A DNA stretch of 64,000 bases from an uncultured Acidobacteriota bacterium (GTDB lineage Bacteria; Acidobacteriota; Terriglobia; UBA7540), in NCBI GenBank assembly GCA_963804995.1, contig CAWDSK010000004.1, positions 150,505 through 214,504 on the forward strand. Reading direction: 5' to 3'. Under the pieces are notes generated by a model that saw nothing but the letters and a program-made list of their open reading frames with translations, was not told where the DNA came from and did no database searches. The position numbers were made by a program, and so were the translations under genes. Below, piece after piece: positions 20,167 to 31,510 of this stretch (positions are counted from its first letter, which is position 1; each line of letters begins with the position of its first letter).

Positions 20167-21075
20167 GAGCTTATCCGTAAATACTTATTGAAGTCTGCTG
20201 CAATTTGATGCATGATTATGACCCAAGATGCCGCAGATAAAATCTTGGGAAGTATCCGACGAGTTTTGGGTGAAAGTCGAACCGCTGATTCCGGTTCGAC
20301 AGCGGTCGAAAGGCCGAAAGTATAGGCGGAAGCCGGGGGGTGGGAGGAAGCCAATGCCGGCGCGCCGGATCTTCTCGGCCATTGTGTATGTGCTGCGCAC
20401 GGGATGTCAGTGGAAGGCCTTGCCCAAGGAATTCGGCAGCGCCAGCGCGGTCCACAAGCATTTTCAACAGTGGCACCGGGCGGGTTTCTTTCTGGCGCTC
20501 TGGCGGTCGGGGCTGGCCGAGTACGATGAGCTGGAGGGCATTGCCTGGGACTGGCAAAGCATCGACGGAGCGATGGTGAAAGCCCCGCTGGCCTTGACTT
20601 GTGTGGGACCCAATCCCACCGATCGGGGAAAAAAATGGGCGCAAGCGAAGTTTGTTAGTCGACGGGCGTGGCGTCCCACTATCGCTCGCCGTCAGCGGAG
20701 CCAACCTGCATGATGTGAAGCTGCTGGCCACCACCCTCGACCAGGTGGTGAGAGCGCGACCGGCACCGCGACCGAGAAAGCCCCAGCACCTTTGCGCCGA
20801 TGCCGGTTACAAGGGATCCCGCGCTCGGCAAGCGGCCACGAACCGCCACTACCGGCCGCATATCAAGCAACAGCGAGAAGAGATGGAAGCAAAACGTATC
20901 GTCCCCGGTTACAAGGCTCGCCGATGGGTGGTCGAGCGGACCCATTCCTGGCTCAACCGATACCGCAAGGTGTTGGTGAGCTTTGAAAAGACCGAGGAAA
21001 GCTACGTCGCCCTACTAACCTTAGCCGCGGCCATGATCTGCTGGCGACAGACAATTATTATTTACGGATAAGCTC
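20167..21075 (+). mobile_element. IS5-family element (IS1031/IS427-like), 17-bp terminal inverted repeats, TTA target duplication
   Basis: GAGCTTATCCGTAAATA at both ends, TTA flanks. Confidence 0.93.
20228..21071 (+). CDS. IS5 transposase in two frames, probable -1 frameshift at A7 (20629-20635)
   Basis: YVLRTGCQWKALP, SIDG, LCADAGY, RWVVERTHSWL; GGGGAAAAAAA slippery site. Confidence 0.88.
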
Positions 21076-24000
21076 TTAATCCCGTCACCGCCACATCGAT
21101 GTGCTTGGGATTCTTGGGATCGTAGACCACGGTTGCCGCGCGGTCCGGAGTAAGTTGTACGAAGTCCGCCCGCACCACGCGCGAAAGGTGCGCGTTCTCA
21201 ACGGAAATCGGCTGGAAGCGAACCAGCGCCAGCCGCACAAACGGGAAATAAGACACACCCGTATCGATGGGGATATCGCAGTACCAGAGCTGCCGGTCCT
21301 TATCGTACTCGGGCTGGTAACCGGCCACGCACACGCGATAAGCGCCGGAAGTAGGCTCCTGCTTATCGGCAAGTTCTTCGAGCGTCAGCGCCGTCCCGGT
21401 CTTTTGCGGACTCTTAAAATTGTCGAGCGTGGGAAGGTCCCCAGGCAGTGGGTTTGTCTGCCAGATCGGATCCATTCCCCACTGGGTTACCAAGGTGCTC
21501 AGGGGGTCGGGAACCGCCGGGCCTGCGGTAACCAGCGGCGCAACCATTCTTGCCGCCGCAGCTCCCGTGGCGACGGATTTCGTTGCCACCCCCGGCGCTA
21601 CCTTGCCCTTTGTTGGTTGTTCAACCCGGGGCATACCCGGTTTGAGGACGACTGGCGGAATCTCAAGGGATACCGGGCTGGGCCACAAAACCACTCCCAG
21701 CAGTTCCCCGTCACCGGATGCGTACCAGGGCCGATCCAGATAAACGCGCAGGCCCCCACCGGAGCGCGTGCTGGTGCTGCCGACTCCTTTCAGACTCGGA
21801 AGCTGAATTCCCCCGATCTGCACGCCACCCTTTTCGAAGTCGAGATCACTCTTCTTCTCCCAGCCGAAAGTCGGGATCACGTAGAGCACTTGCGGCAGTG
21901 GTGGCCGCACGGAATTTGGCACGTCAACAGCAAATGTGGGGCTGGTGCGGGTCAATTGAGTGGGGTCGGTAATGGGGAAGTATTCCGCAAAGCGGGTGGT
22001 GGCCACGGCGGAATAGTTCACCTTACGGTACTTCGTATCGCCGAAGTCGTGGCGCCAGGAATAGCCGAACTTTTGCGGCGGCGGTAGGGATGGCCGCGCT
22101 ACACGCACATCCGTCGGAATCAGCGCCCCTGGCTTTAAAGCCACAGCCTGCAGATTCGCTGTGGGGGTCGCAGTCTTCACTTCCGCGGCCATCACCTTGG
22201 GCTGTGCCAGTGGAGCCGCCACTACGTGTTGCCGCCCCACTCCCGCCGCGGGTGTAACGCTCGCCGGCGTTGTGGCTGGGGAACTGGGGCCCTGCGCCAA
22301 CGCCACCGAGGTCTTGATTTCGAGCGCCGTGTCCTGGACGCCCAGTTTCCACTCGTACACGTGGGCGCTGCCGTTCAGGATCTTGGGGCCGCTCGGATCG
22401 TTTACATCGTCCAGCGGCTCCTGCCACGCCGCTTCGATATCCACCTTGAGCGTGCTCTTGCCGTCGATGGGCATGGGCTGGTCGTCCGCAATGTAGGCAA
22501 ACGTCTCAGCCAACTGCCGGTTCGGAGTTAGCAAATGAAACTGGGGCGCGATGAGCGGTTGTTGGACGGCGTGGACCAGCACCAACTCGCGGGAGGGAGT
22601 GACCATCCAATGGCGTCCCTGCCCGACGACTTGGCGCAACTGGGCCAGATTAGCGGGCGCGGCCTCTTTCATCCAACCCCAAATCCCCATGCTTTCCTGG
22701 TTGCTCGCACCCAGGGCGCCGTCACCCAGGAGCGAACTCAGGTCAAGCGTTACCACATTCGCCTTGGCAATCTGCACAGTCAAAGTGCGGCTCGGTTCGT
22801 CCCATTGGGCAGGAGTGTTGCCCGTGCCTTCCAAAACTTTCAGCAGGAACGGGACAGGATTGGGCCAACTGATTCCGGCGGGATAGAAGCTGACGGAGGG
22901 GGCGGTGGCCGCCACGTTGGTAGTCGTGTTCGCAAGCGACAGAGCCGTACCGCGGCAGAGGGGATCGGGCAGGTAGGGCACCGCCAGGTTGCTTTGAATG
23001 GGCAATTGCGTCAGGGGATCGATCAGGAAAGCGCCCTCGGCCTTGGAAGCAATCATCTGGTAGGTCGCGGGGTCCTTCAGCATCGGGCCGGAGGGCGAAT
23101 CGAACATCGCATGACGCTCCGCCATCGCCTCGCTGGTCTTGGGTGGAGCAACCAGCCGCAGCGCGAAGGGAGTGTAGGTGGGGTCAGAAACAAAATTCCC
23201 GTAGATGGGAGCATAATCCTGCGCGGTCTTGTCAAAGTTGCTGCGCAGGACAAGCCGGCCCAGAGACTCTCCCGGTGAATTGCTTCCGTTGAACGTCTTG
23301 GTCATCACGACGAGCGGCGCTATCACGGGTTCAAAGCGCGTGTAAAGGTGTGGGGCGGTGGCGTTCGAAAAATCTGCGGGGTCGGGAGCGTCGGGAGCCA
23401 GACTGTTTCCTGCCAGGTCCACGACGCGCGCCCGAATGCGGTAGGTGTTTCCGAAGCGCAGGCGCGGCAACGTGCCGGGTGGGGGCACGAAAGACGCCAC
23501 CATCTTGAAGTCGCTGGAAGCGCGCGTCTGGGCCACGGCCGGATCATCCAGCCGTTGCGGCGTCCCATCCGGCGCGATCGTCTTGCCCGGCCGCGGCGCG
23601 CTGAGGCTCCAACCATTCCAGGTGAACATCGACTCCTGTAAGTAGAGATCCTTCGGTGGCGCGCCCCCCGAAGTCGTGTCGACTACGGGCTGGGTAACAC
23701 CCAACTGCACGAATCCCTCGTCATCGTATTGCCGGGTCAGGTTCGCTTCAAAGAAGTTGTAGGTTCCTTTCCGCCGGCAGAGCGAGTGCCAGCTTTTGGT
23801 TTGCGCATCCCACACGTCCACGCGATAGCCGCGGACCACGTCCTCGGCGTAATTTGTGACCTGGTCGGGGGTATTCGCCACCACGGCTTTGTTGTTTAAC
23901 GTGACTTTGGCCATCACACCGGCAAACCACTCCGCCCGATTCGTCTGTGCCAGGGAAATGCCCGCGGTCCGCAAAGCCGGCAGGGCGGCGGTCGCCTGCG

Positions 24001-25491
24001 TCTCAGCGGCGGCCGGCGTGCTGGCGGTTTCGGCTGCTGGCACGGAGTGATGCGCGGCGCTCAACTGGAGCAACATCGGCCGCAGGGCAGTGCTCGCGAG
24101 CGTGGTGCGCGGTGTGGAAGGAGATGCCAGCCGGTCGGCAAGATTCATCATCTTGAGCGCCGACCCGCTTACATCCACGTGTACAACCGGGTAGGAGGTT
24201 TCATCACTGAGGTTCAGCAGGCCATTCACAATCTTGGAGGCTAACGTCTCAGGCCGTGTGTAGAACTGCCCCTTGGTGAGGTCCACCGTACAGGCGGTCT
24301 TTGGTGAGAAATCCACATCGAAGGCAGCAGGGGGAGCGTCTGACGGCCAAGTGGGAAGCACCTTGACCGTGGAATTCGTCACACCCGAGGGAATCGGGAC
24401 TTCCAAATCGATCACCAGCCCCAGCCGGCGCATCAATTCCGGGTAATTGCCCAGAGTCGAAACCAGCTTGTGGAAGTCAATGTCCGGCGGCTGTACGGGC
24501 GGAAGTTGCACCTCGATGGGGGGGTAGTGCATGCGAACCTGCAGGAAGTCGCGTGAGGGTTGGGGCGCGGCCGACGCGCGCACCGCCTTGTATTGCTGCA
24601 AATCCTGGTAAATGCTCTGGAAGGCACTGATGGCCGCGGCCTGTATGGGGAGCGACTGCCGCACTACAGCCTGGAGGTTCCGCGTGGCGCTGGCCTGCAC
24701 CTGCGGCGGGAGATTGCCCACATAACTTTGCAGCGTGGCAGGCATTACCAACTGCGCACGGGTGCGGGCCCCCGCAGCTTTCGTAGGTGCCGCCGGCGCT
24801 GCCACTCGCCCGGCCGTCGCCGCAGCTTCGTAAAGAGTGATGGGCGCAAGTTGCGTGGTCAGCGCGCTGCGCGCCGGACGCACCGTGGGGGAGGTGGCGG
24901 CCACGTTCTGATATTGAGCTTTGAGGAAGGCGCTCACGTTCGCCACGGGATGAGACAGGATGAGATGGCCGGAGTAATCCAGGGCCTGGTAGGGCTGGGT
25001 GTAGGTAGTGGGCTTGAACAGCGCCGCCCACAGGTCCGGCTCAAGCTTCGGCCCCACGCGCGTCGCTTGCACGGCCGCGCCACCTTCAAACTGCACCGCA
25101 AACTGAATCCCCTGGGATCGGGTGGCCCAAGTCAGGAAATCCGGGAACTGGGAGAGTTGAGGCCGGGGTAGACCCTGGTCAGTTTCGAGGCGCGGTGAAA
25201 CAAACACCGAGAGCTGAAGCGCACTGCCCCCGCTCTTCACGCCATTCGGCAACGCGGTCCAAATGATGGTCTGCTTCTGCGGCATGGGTGCCTCCTAAAA
25301 GCCGGGACTCGGGTTACAGGATACGGGACACGGGATTCGCCCGTCTGCGGCGCTGCGACTCTTGGTTGTACGTGCACAGGCTGCGAGTTAGTGCCACGTG
25401 GTGAATTAGGGCGCTCCTTCAGGGCTGCACACTCTTGGATAGATGGCCCTACATTAAGCGTGTCCCGTTTCCCGTACCCCGTATTCCGTAT

Positions 25492-26073
25492 TCACTTCGC
25501 CCACCAAAGTCTCATCCCCATATCAGGATCCATCCTGCGCGGATAGCCCTCGGGGAGTGGCGGATGATTAAACGGGTCTTGATAGACATTGCGCGCAACC
25601 TCCCGGCCATCGGACGCACGCAATACCAACGCCACACGATAGGCAACTCCCTTTTTGACCTCAAACGATAGGTTGCCCACCCGCGCGTACGAGTCCGGGC
25701 CCAAGCGGACCGCGGCCTGCCCGCGTGTAACTTCCCCGCCGCTTTCCAAATCGTTCTTGTAATCTGAGTTCCTTATGATCGGCCGGGTGGGATCCAGGCG
25801 CTTCATTTCCGCCACAAGCTGGGGGCCGGGACGCGTCATGGCTTCATACTTCTGTTGCGCTTCATTGATCGCGGTCCAGCAGATGATGCTGGGGTGGTTA
25901 CGCAGCTTTTTGACCATTCCCCCGGCGACGGTCAACGCACGCTGGGTGAACTGCTCGTCGGTGGGAAACATCCAGTTCATATCGGAATCCTGCAACAGAA
26001 CGATTCCCAGGCGATCGCAGAGGTCATAGAACTCATAGTTCTCAACGTGCACATGAATGCGCAGGGCGTTCAC
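25492..26073 (-). pseudogene. Glycoside hydrolase family 2 fragment
   Basis: NALRIHVHVE..FYDLCDRLGI..QD, LRNHPSIICW..INE; far shorter than a full GH2. Confidence 0.7.
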
Positions 26074-26487
26074 GCCGGGGTGGACCGCGCCGCACTTGGA
26101 TCTTGCTGACTTCGCGGCGGCTGCTCTGGATTGAATCGCGCTTCTTTGGCAACTCCAAGGTTCAATCGCTCGAATACGGCGAAATCACTTTGGCCAGGCA
26201 TCGCAACATGATCCTTTTCTCGCGCGCCGAGATCCTGACCCAGCGGAATGAAACCCTTAGCCTCGCGATTGAAAAGGCTCATATCACTTACGCGAAGATG
26301 GCGGTGCAGATGATCTCTCGCCTCGCCGGCCTTGACGGCCCGAATGACCACCCCGCCCCCCAATCTGCCCCCCGCCTTGCCGCGTTACCCCACTGAGGGA
26401 CACGATGCTCCGGGCTCGATTTCCCCAAGATATCTAGATTCGCGGTCGCGTGTGAGCACCATTTCGTCACTGCTTCTATCTCAAGCC

Positions 26488-26729
26488 TTTTCATCAACTT
26501 ATTGGCCTCAGTTGGCCCCACACAAAATAAGTTGTGTATTTTCTTTAAGTTATTGGCCTAGTGAGGGATGACGAGGTTTTCTTATAATTTTCTGACCATA
26601 AATCGTGCTAACAAACTTATTTTCAGCAAGTTATTGGCCTTACAAATAAACCGTTCATTTTCAACAACTCATTGGGTATACGACATTACGTCGTTTTACG
26701 ACCCTTTGTTTTCATTATGTTATTGGGAG
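26488..26729 (+). repeat. Five copies of a TTTTCnnnAA(C/G)TTATTGG-like motif in an AT-rich tract
   Basis: Starts at 26488, 26539, 26620, 26658, 26709; the last two are degenerate. Confidence 0.8.
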
Positions 26730-27610
26730 CACTCGTCATTTTGATGTTTTTTTGCGGGTGCGCTCGCTGCTTTGATTTTCATCAATAAATTGGTGATACG
26801 CCACACCTGTCGCAAACTCAACTCTTCCCGCCGAGCCGTCAGCGTCGTCCGCGCTTCGACCCCCACCAAAATCTCGTCCCGATCGAATTGTGCGCGGACT
26901 TCGTCAGGCTCTTCGCCGGACTCGACAACGAGTCGGTCCAGACTCTCAATTTCGGAGCTCAGCAACCCCGTAAGCTCCTGGTACATGGCGATGTACTCCT
27001 CCCCTTCTGTTGCCGGAATCTGGACAGCATCTACCGGCCGTAGGGCTTCCGATCCCGCGAGTTCCTGCATTCGCAGCAGTAGCTCCAAAACCGCCTTCGC
27101 CTTTTCCTCCATCAAGTCGCCGCGGCATTGCTCAAACAGCTTCATTTCCTGGGGACCAATTCCGCTATCCAAGTTCATGCAGGTGGCTGCGAACAGCGCT
27201 TTCAGTCGTTCCATCTTGTGGTAGAGCGGCACGCGGAAAATGACCCGCTCGCGCTGCTTGAACTCGCGCGCCCGCTCCAGGTGCTTGACCGCCAGGCTTT
27301 CCTCGATACGGTCTAAGCGCTCCATGCGCCACAGGGCGCGAGCCAGGCGCATCACCAGGCCCATTTCCAGCGCATTGGCGGGCTCCCAGGTATCGATCAG
27401 GGAATGCAGCCGGCGCTCGAATTCCGCGGGGTCTTCGCCCAAAGCCGCCAAAACCACCTCCGTCGACTGCGAATAGAAACCGTGCCGCAGAAAAGCTGCC
27501 GCAGCACGCGCCTTGCCCGCCCTACTGACCGCGCCTTCAGACCGCCGCCCATTAGCGCGATTCGCAGCCAGCTTCTTCGCCGTCAATCTCCGTTTCGGTG
27601 TTAGGGACAT
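26720..27610 (-). CDS. Hypothetical protein of the 'ANRxN...G...GK...N/F..HG' family
   Basis: KLAANRANGRRSEGAVSRAGKARAAAAFLRHGFYS...LARALWRMERLDRIE. Confidence 0.7.
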   Translation of the reverse strand: MSLTPKRRLTAKKLAANRANGRRSEGAVSRAGKARAAAAFLRHGFYSQSTEVVLAALGEDPAEFERRLHSLIDTWEPANALEMGLVMRLARALWRMERLDRIEESLAVKHLERAREFKQRERVIFRVPLYHKMERLKALFAATCMNLDSGIGPQEMKLFEQCRGDLMEEKAKAVLELLLRMQELAGSEALRPVDAVQIPATEGEEYIAMYQELTGLLSSEIESLDRLVVESGEEPDEVRAQFDRDEILVGVEARTTLTARREELSLRQVWRITNLLMKIKAASAPAKKHQNDECSQ

Positions 27611-28411
27611 TCAAAGCCTCTCTTTGGGGGCGGACATCTGAGCACCGACAGCTCCCAGTTAACTGCAAACGAACTAGCGTGCGCGGGATTGTCCTGCGGG
27701 TTCGTGGCCTTTCCCGTCGGCCGGCAAACGCTGGATCTCAGCCATCCGTGGCCAAGGCCGCGCCCCTGCCATAAGGCGTCAAGCTCCCCCACCTCTATTG
27801 TGCTCTTAATCGACTGGGCTATGTCAATAGGATAAACACACTTTAGGGCTACCGGTAGCCCAAAAATGCAAGACCTACGACCTATTGTCCGAACAAAGTG
27901 GGCTACTCCTCACCGCTTTTCCGATCGGGCCACTTTGATATTGGGCGATTAGGTTCAACTGTGGATCTCATGAGAAAACCTACCCGCTGAATCTGGAGGC
28001 CTCTTCTTTGGTGAGTTGGAACATGAAGCGAGGTAGCGCGGACCTGTGTGTAGGTCCGCGGCCCTTGGGCACTTTGTAGCGCAGGGCCTATCGCAGTAAA
28101 AGAGCAGTTAATGACCCCCTACGCCGGGTGATCGAGTTGCGCAAGGTGTAGGGGGAGTCGCCGCGGCGACCCGCCCCCTGGTTCCGCATTCACCCTGCGG
28201 AACGCCGGGTAGGGCAACCTGTCCCGACGAATTCGGGAGCCCTACCCCTACATCTCGTGATTGCATTTACCCGTTCGAACGGCGCCTGAGGTTGTGTGGC
28301 CCGGAGGTGGCCACGGCCAATTCGTCTTGGGAATTGGCCGTGGGTTCGTCATCGAAGGGAAAGCCCACGGGCACGAGAGCGGTGGCCGTGGCCCCGTGTG
28401 CCCGTGGTGGG

Positions 28412-29308
28412 CTACCTTGAACCGGCCTCAGGTGTTCCCTGAATGTTGAACGAAGGAGAAAGATGACGGATTAGAAACCGTTCCAAGGCTAAGGCAAAAG
28501 GTAGATCGGATTCCCCAAACGTAATGAGGCCAACGTTCATTGCCGGTTTTTCAATCAACTTGCACCTGGTAGCGTTCGCTACTACCCTCCAACCCAGACC
28601 ATATCTTAGGCCCCCTTGGCCAACATAGTGAACAATACCGTCGTCTGAATATAGGTAGTAAACACCTGCCCAACCGGCATAGCGCTGCCAAGTCTCTCCC
28701 CGCACGTTACAAAACTCGGCTAGACTAAATTTGTTACGATCGGGCTGGCAATCTAAGGACACTTTAGACAAGAACTTTGTGACGATGCGCTCTAGTTCTT
28801 CCATGTTATTCCGCGCCATTATTTCTCCCTCCTTAGTTACGCCCCTGGTTCTTCCCTCCGTCCGTATACCACGGGTCGGGCTGTCCCCTCCAAGGGGCTG
28901 GAAATCCGGTGGTGGGCTACTTCGTTTTCCTTGTATATTGAGCGGCGGCTCCATCGCGTCTATCAGGAACTGCTCCAATGAGAATGCCCAATACCAATCT
29001 GATTCATCAAATAATATTGCCCCCGCTCTCGTGTCGGCTGGAAGATGCCCCCGCTTAATTCTCTGCTCAACCCTCCATACCACTCCATACCAGGCTGTTC
29101 CCACACCAATGTATAGTACCGATCCATCTTCTCCCAGGACATAGTAAACGCCCGGAAGATCCGCCCACTTAGGCCATTCGGCGGGGCTCTGCCTTAAGTT
29201 TTGCCTTAATTCCAGTGCACAGAATTCCGGATACTCTCGGGCCTTAAGTCCCGGAACCTTAGACAGGAACTCACTGACCTTTTCTAAAAGCTGCTCTTTA
29301 GCGCTCAT
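28412..29308 (-). CDS. Protein with two GIY-YIG-like nuclease domains
   Basis: GVYYVLGEDGSVLYIG..LEQFLIDAMEPPLNIQG and GVYYLYSDDGIVHYVG..LERFLIRHLSPSFNIQG. Confidence 0.7.
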   Translation of the reverse strand: MSAKEQLLEKVSEFLSKVPGLKAREYPEFCALELRQNLRQSPAEWPKWADLPGVYYVLGEDGSVLYIGVGTAWYGVVWRVEQRIKRGHLPADTRAGAILFDESDWYWAFSLEQFLIDAMEPPLNIQGKRSSPPPDFQPLGGDSPTRGIRTEGRTRGVTKEGEIMARNNMEELERIVTKFLSKVSLDCQPDRNKFSLAEFCNVRGETWQRYAGWAGVYYLYSDDGIVHYVGQGGLRYGLGWRVVANATRCKLIEKPAMNVGLITFGESDLPFALALERFLIRHLSPSFNIQGTPEAGSR

Positions 29309-29491
29309 GCTGCCCCCTCTCGCCTCCGCTCGTGGTGTTCCCACAAGAAAGATTCAGTTTTAAAGTAGCCCATTACGTCGGTAAGCTGCACGGTTGCTTG
29401 TTGCCATGATACGGAATCACTCTGTTGGGCGTCAGACTCTTGGCGGTGACGTTTGGGTTCTCAGCAGCATTCAGCACGCTCCCCTCGAACT

Positions 29492-31249
29492 TCATTTCGC
29501 GCCTTTCTCCCGCAGCAACCACACTACCTCCGTGTGGCGGTGGGAGGTCGCCAAGTCCAGCGCCGTTTTGCCGTCCTTGTCCTTTGCCTCAATGTTGGCG
29601 CCTCTGTCCAACAGCAGCTTCACCACCGAGGCTTTGTTTAAGAGGGCCGCGGAGACCAGTGCCGTGCGTCCGTAACTATCCTTTGCCTCAATGTTGGCGC
29701 CCTTATCGAGCAGCAGATTCACCATGTCGGTATTGCCCCAGGTGGCCGCATGAATCAGCGGAGTATACCCGTCGCGCCTAACATCGCCTACTCCGGCTGC
29801 ATACAGCGGTGCTCTGCGGCCTTCCAAGGCGTATTCCTTGGCCTCGGTATTGGCGCCGTGTTCCAGCAGCAGCTTTGCGATCTCGGTGTCGTCGGCGCTG
29901 GCCGCCTGGAGCAGCGGCGTCCCGCCGGCATTGTCCTTTGTCTCAATGTTGGCACCTCTGTCCAGGAGCAGCTTCACTATCCAGGCCTTTTTTGAGAGGA
30001 CCGCCTGGAGGAGCGCCGTGCGGCCGGCATTCTCCCTGGCCTCGATATTGGCGCCTTTATCGAGCAGCAGATTCACCATGTCGCTATCGCCCATGGTGGC
30101 CGCCCAAATTAGCGCAGTATATCCGCCGAGGCTAATCGCGTCGGCGACTACACGGCGCTGTGGTCCGCGGCTTTCCAAGGTGTAGTCCTTTGCCTCAATG
30201 TTGGCACCTTTGTCCAGGAGCAGCTTCACCATCTCGGTATTACCGCCCTTGGCCGCCGTGAGCAGCAGCGTCCAGCCGCCTGCGTCCCTGGACTCGATGT
30301 CGGCGCCCTTTTCCAACAGCAGCTTTAGCACCTCGATGTCCGGCGCCCGGTACAGCAGCGGGTACGGAGATTTGTCCTTGACCTTGGCATTGGCACCTCT
30401 TCCCAACAGCAGCTCCATCATCTCGGCCTTATCGGAATCGGAATGTCCACTCTCCGCCACCGAGAGCAGCGGGGTGCGGCCATAGTTGTCCTTTGCCTCG
30501 ATGTTGGCTCCTTTGTCCAACAGCAGCTTCACAATCCCCGCATTGGCCGCCATATGCAGCGGCGTGGAGCCTTCGTAGTCCTTGGCCTGGATGTTGGCGC
30601 CCTCTTGCAGAAGGTTGTAAACCGCAGCGGTATCACCTGTCCTTGCGGCCTTGAACAATTCGGCATCCAGGGTGCTAGAACGGTTTTGGCCTGCCCCCAG
30701 ATGACTCAACGACAAAAGCGCGAGAGGGAGACTTTTTGCTGCCAGGACTTTCTTCATCGCTTCCTCCTCCCCTGCACTCGGGGACAGCAGCCATGGCATA
30801 TCTACACGCTCGGCGGCGCGCAGCGCTTTAAGAAATGCTTCGCTCGCGCCTGCGGCCTTGAGGCTTTGGAGAAAGTCCTCCGCCGGAGCGAAATCAATTC
30901 CGCGCTGCTCGATCAGCTTGGCGCCCGAATCATCGCCCAACCCGTCCCGCACCAGGCCTTCGACCTGCTCCCGCGTAAAGGGCTTTGCCGGGTTGCCGTC
31001 GAGGCCGGGACTGGTTCCGGCTGTCGTAGCGCTGACCTTGAGGTCAGCACGGAATGGTGCCACGGGCATCCTGCCCGTGCTCGGGCATGGCCAGGATGGC
31101 CATGGCACATCCAAATGGCGAGGTAAACTCGCCGCTACATATGCATGTGCCGACCTCAAGGTCGGCGCTACAAACTTCGGGTGCGCCCGTAGGGGCAGCG
31201 TCAGAATCAGGGGTAGGACGAGGATAAGCAGGAATAGTCGGGGCCGCAT
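29492..31249 (-). CDS. Secreted ankyrin-repeat protein; possible internal start at 30757
   Basis: About 11 LLLDKGANIEAKD..G.T.L repeats; signal peptide. Confidence 0.88.
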   Translation of the reverse strand: MRPRLFLLILVLPLILTLPLRAHPKFVAPTLRSAHAYVAASLPRHLDVPWPSWPCPSTGRMPVAPFRADLKVSATTAGTSPGLDGNPAKPFTREQVEGLVRDGLGDDSGAKLIEQRGIDFAPAEDFLQSLKAAGASEAFLKALRAAERVDMPWLLSPSAGEEEAMKKVLAAKSLPLALLSLSHLGAGQNRSSTLDAELFKAARTGDTAAVYNLLQEGANIQAKDYEGSTPLHMAANAGIVKLLLDKGANIEAKDNYGRTPLLSVAESGHSDSDKAEMMELLLGRGANAKVKDKSPYPLLYRAPDIEVLKLLLEKGADIESRDAGGWTLLLTAAKGGNTEMVKLLLDKGANIEAKDYTLESRGPQRRVVADAISLGGYTALIWAATMGDSDMVNLLLDKGANIEARENAGRTALLQAVLSKKAWIVKLLLDRGANIETKDNAGGTPLLQAASADDTEIAKLLLEHGANTEAKEYALEGRRAPLYAAGVGDVRRDGYTPLIHAATWGNTDMVNLLLDKGANIEAKDSYGRTALVSAALLNKASVVKLLLDRGANIEAKDKDGKTALDLATSHRHTEVVWLLREKGAK

Positions 31250-31510
31250 CGGCACCTCCCGAAAGCGGGGATCGAACGAGGCGGGGCCATTCTACCACGG
31301 GAAACATACCGGGCGCGCTGACACGAGGTGTAGGTGCGCGAAGGGTACACCTTAGGTGTTGCGCAGGTCCGTTGGGATCGGCTAAGTGACCCCCTCACCC
31401 GGCCCGCCCCGGCTGATGAAAACGCAGGCTTCGGTCCACCCTCTCCCCCAAGGGGGCGAGCCCCGTATCCTATCTCTTAAGGAAACGCCTCGGTAGAGCG
31501 AGAGATCCGC

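Larger units (their letters stand above)
19817..25285 (-). pseudogene. Very large (~1518 aa) hypothetical protein interrupted near its C-terminus by IS5
   Basis: Removing the IS plus one TTA joins ...VAVTGL to SYGASQAGSGPAVMEVTVEAK in frame; AGGAGG RBS. Confidence 0.85.

Noticed and set aside
26103..26396. 97-aa plus-strand ORF beside the GH2 fragment
   Set aside because: No RBS or recognisable motif; possibly a gene fragment but unsupported
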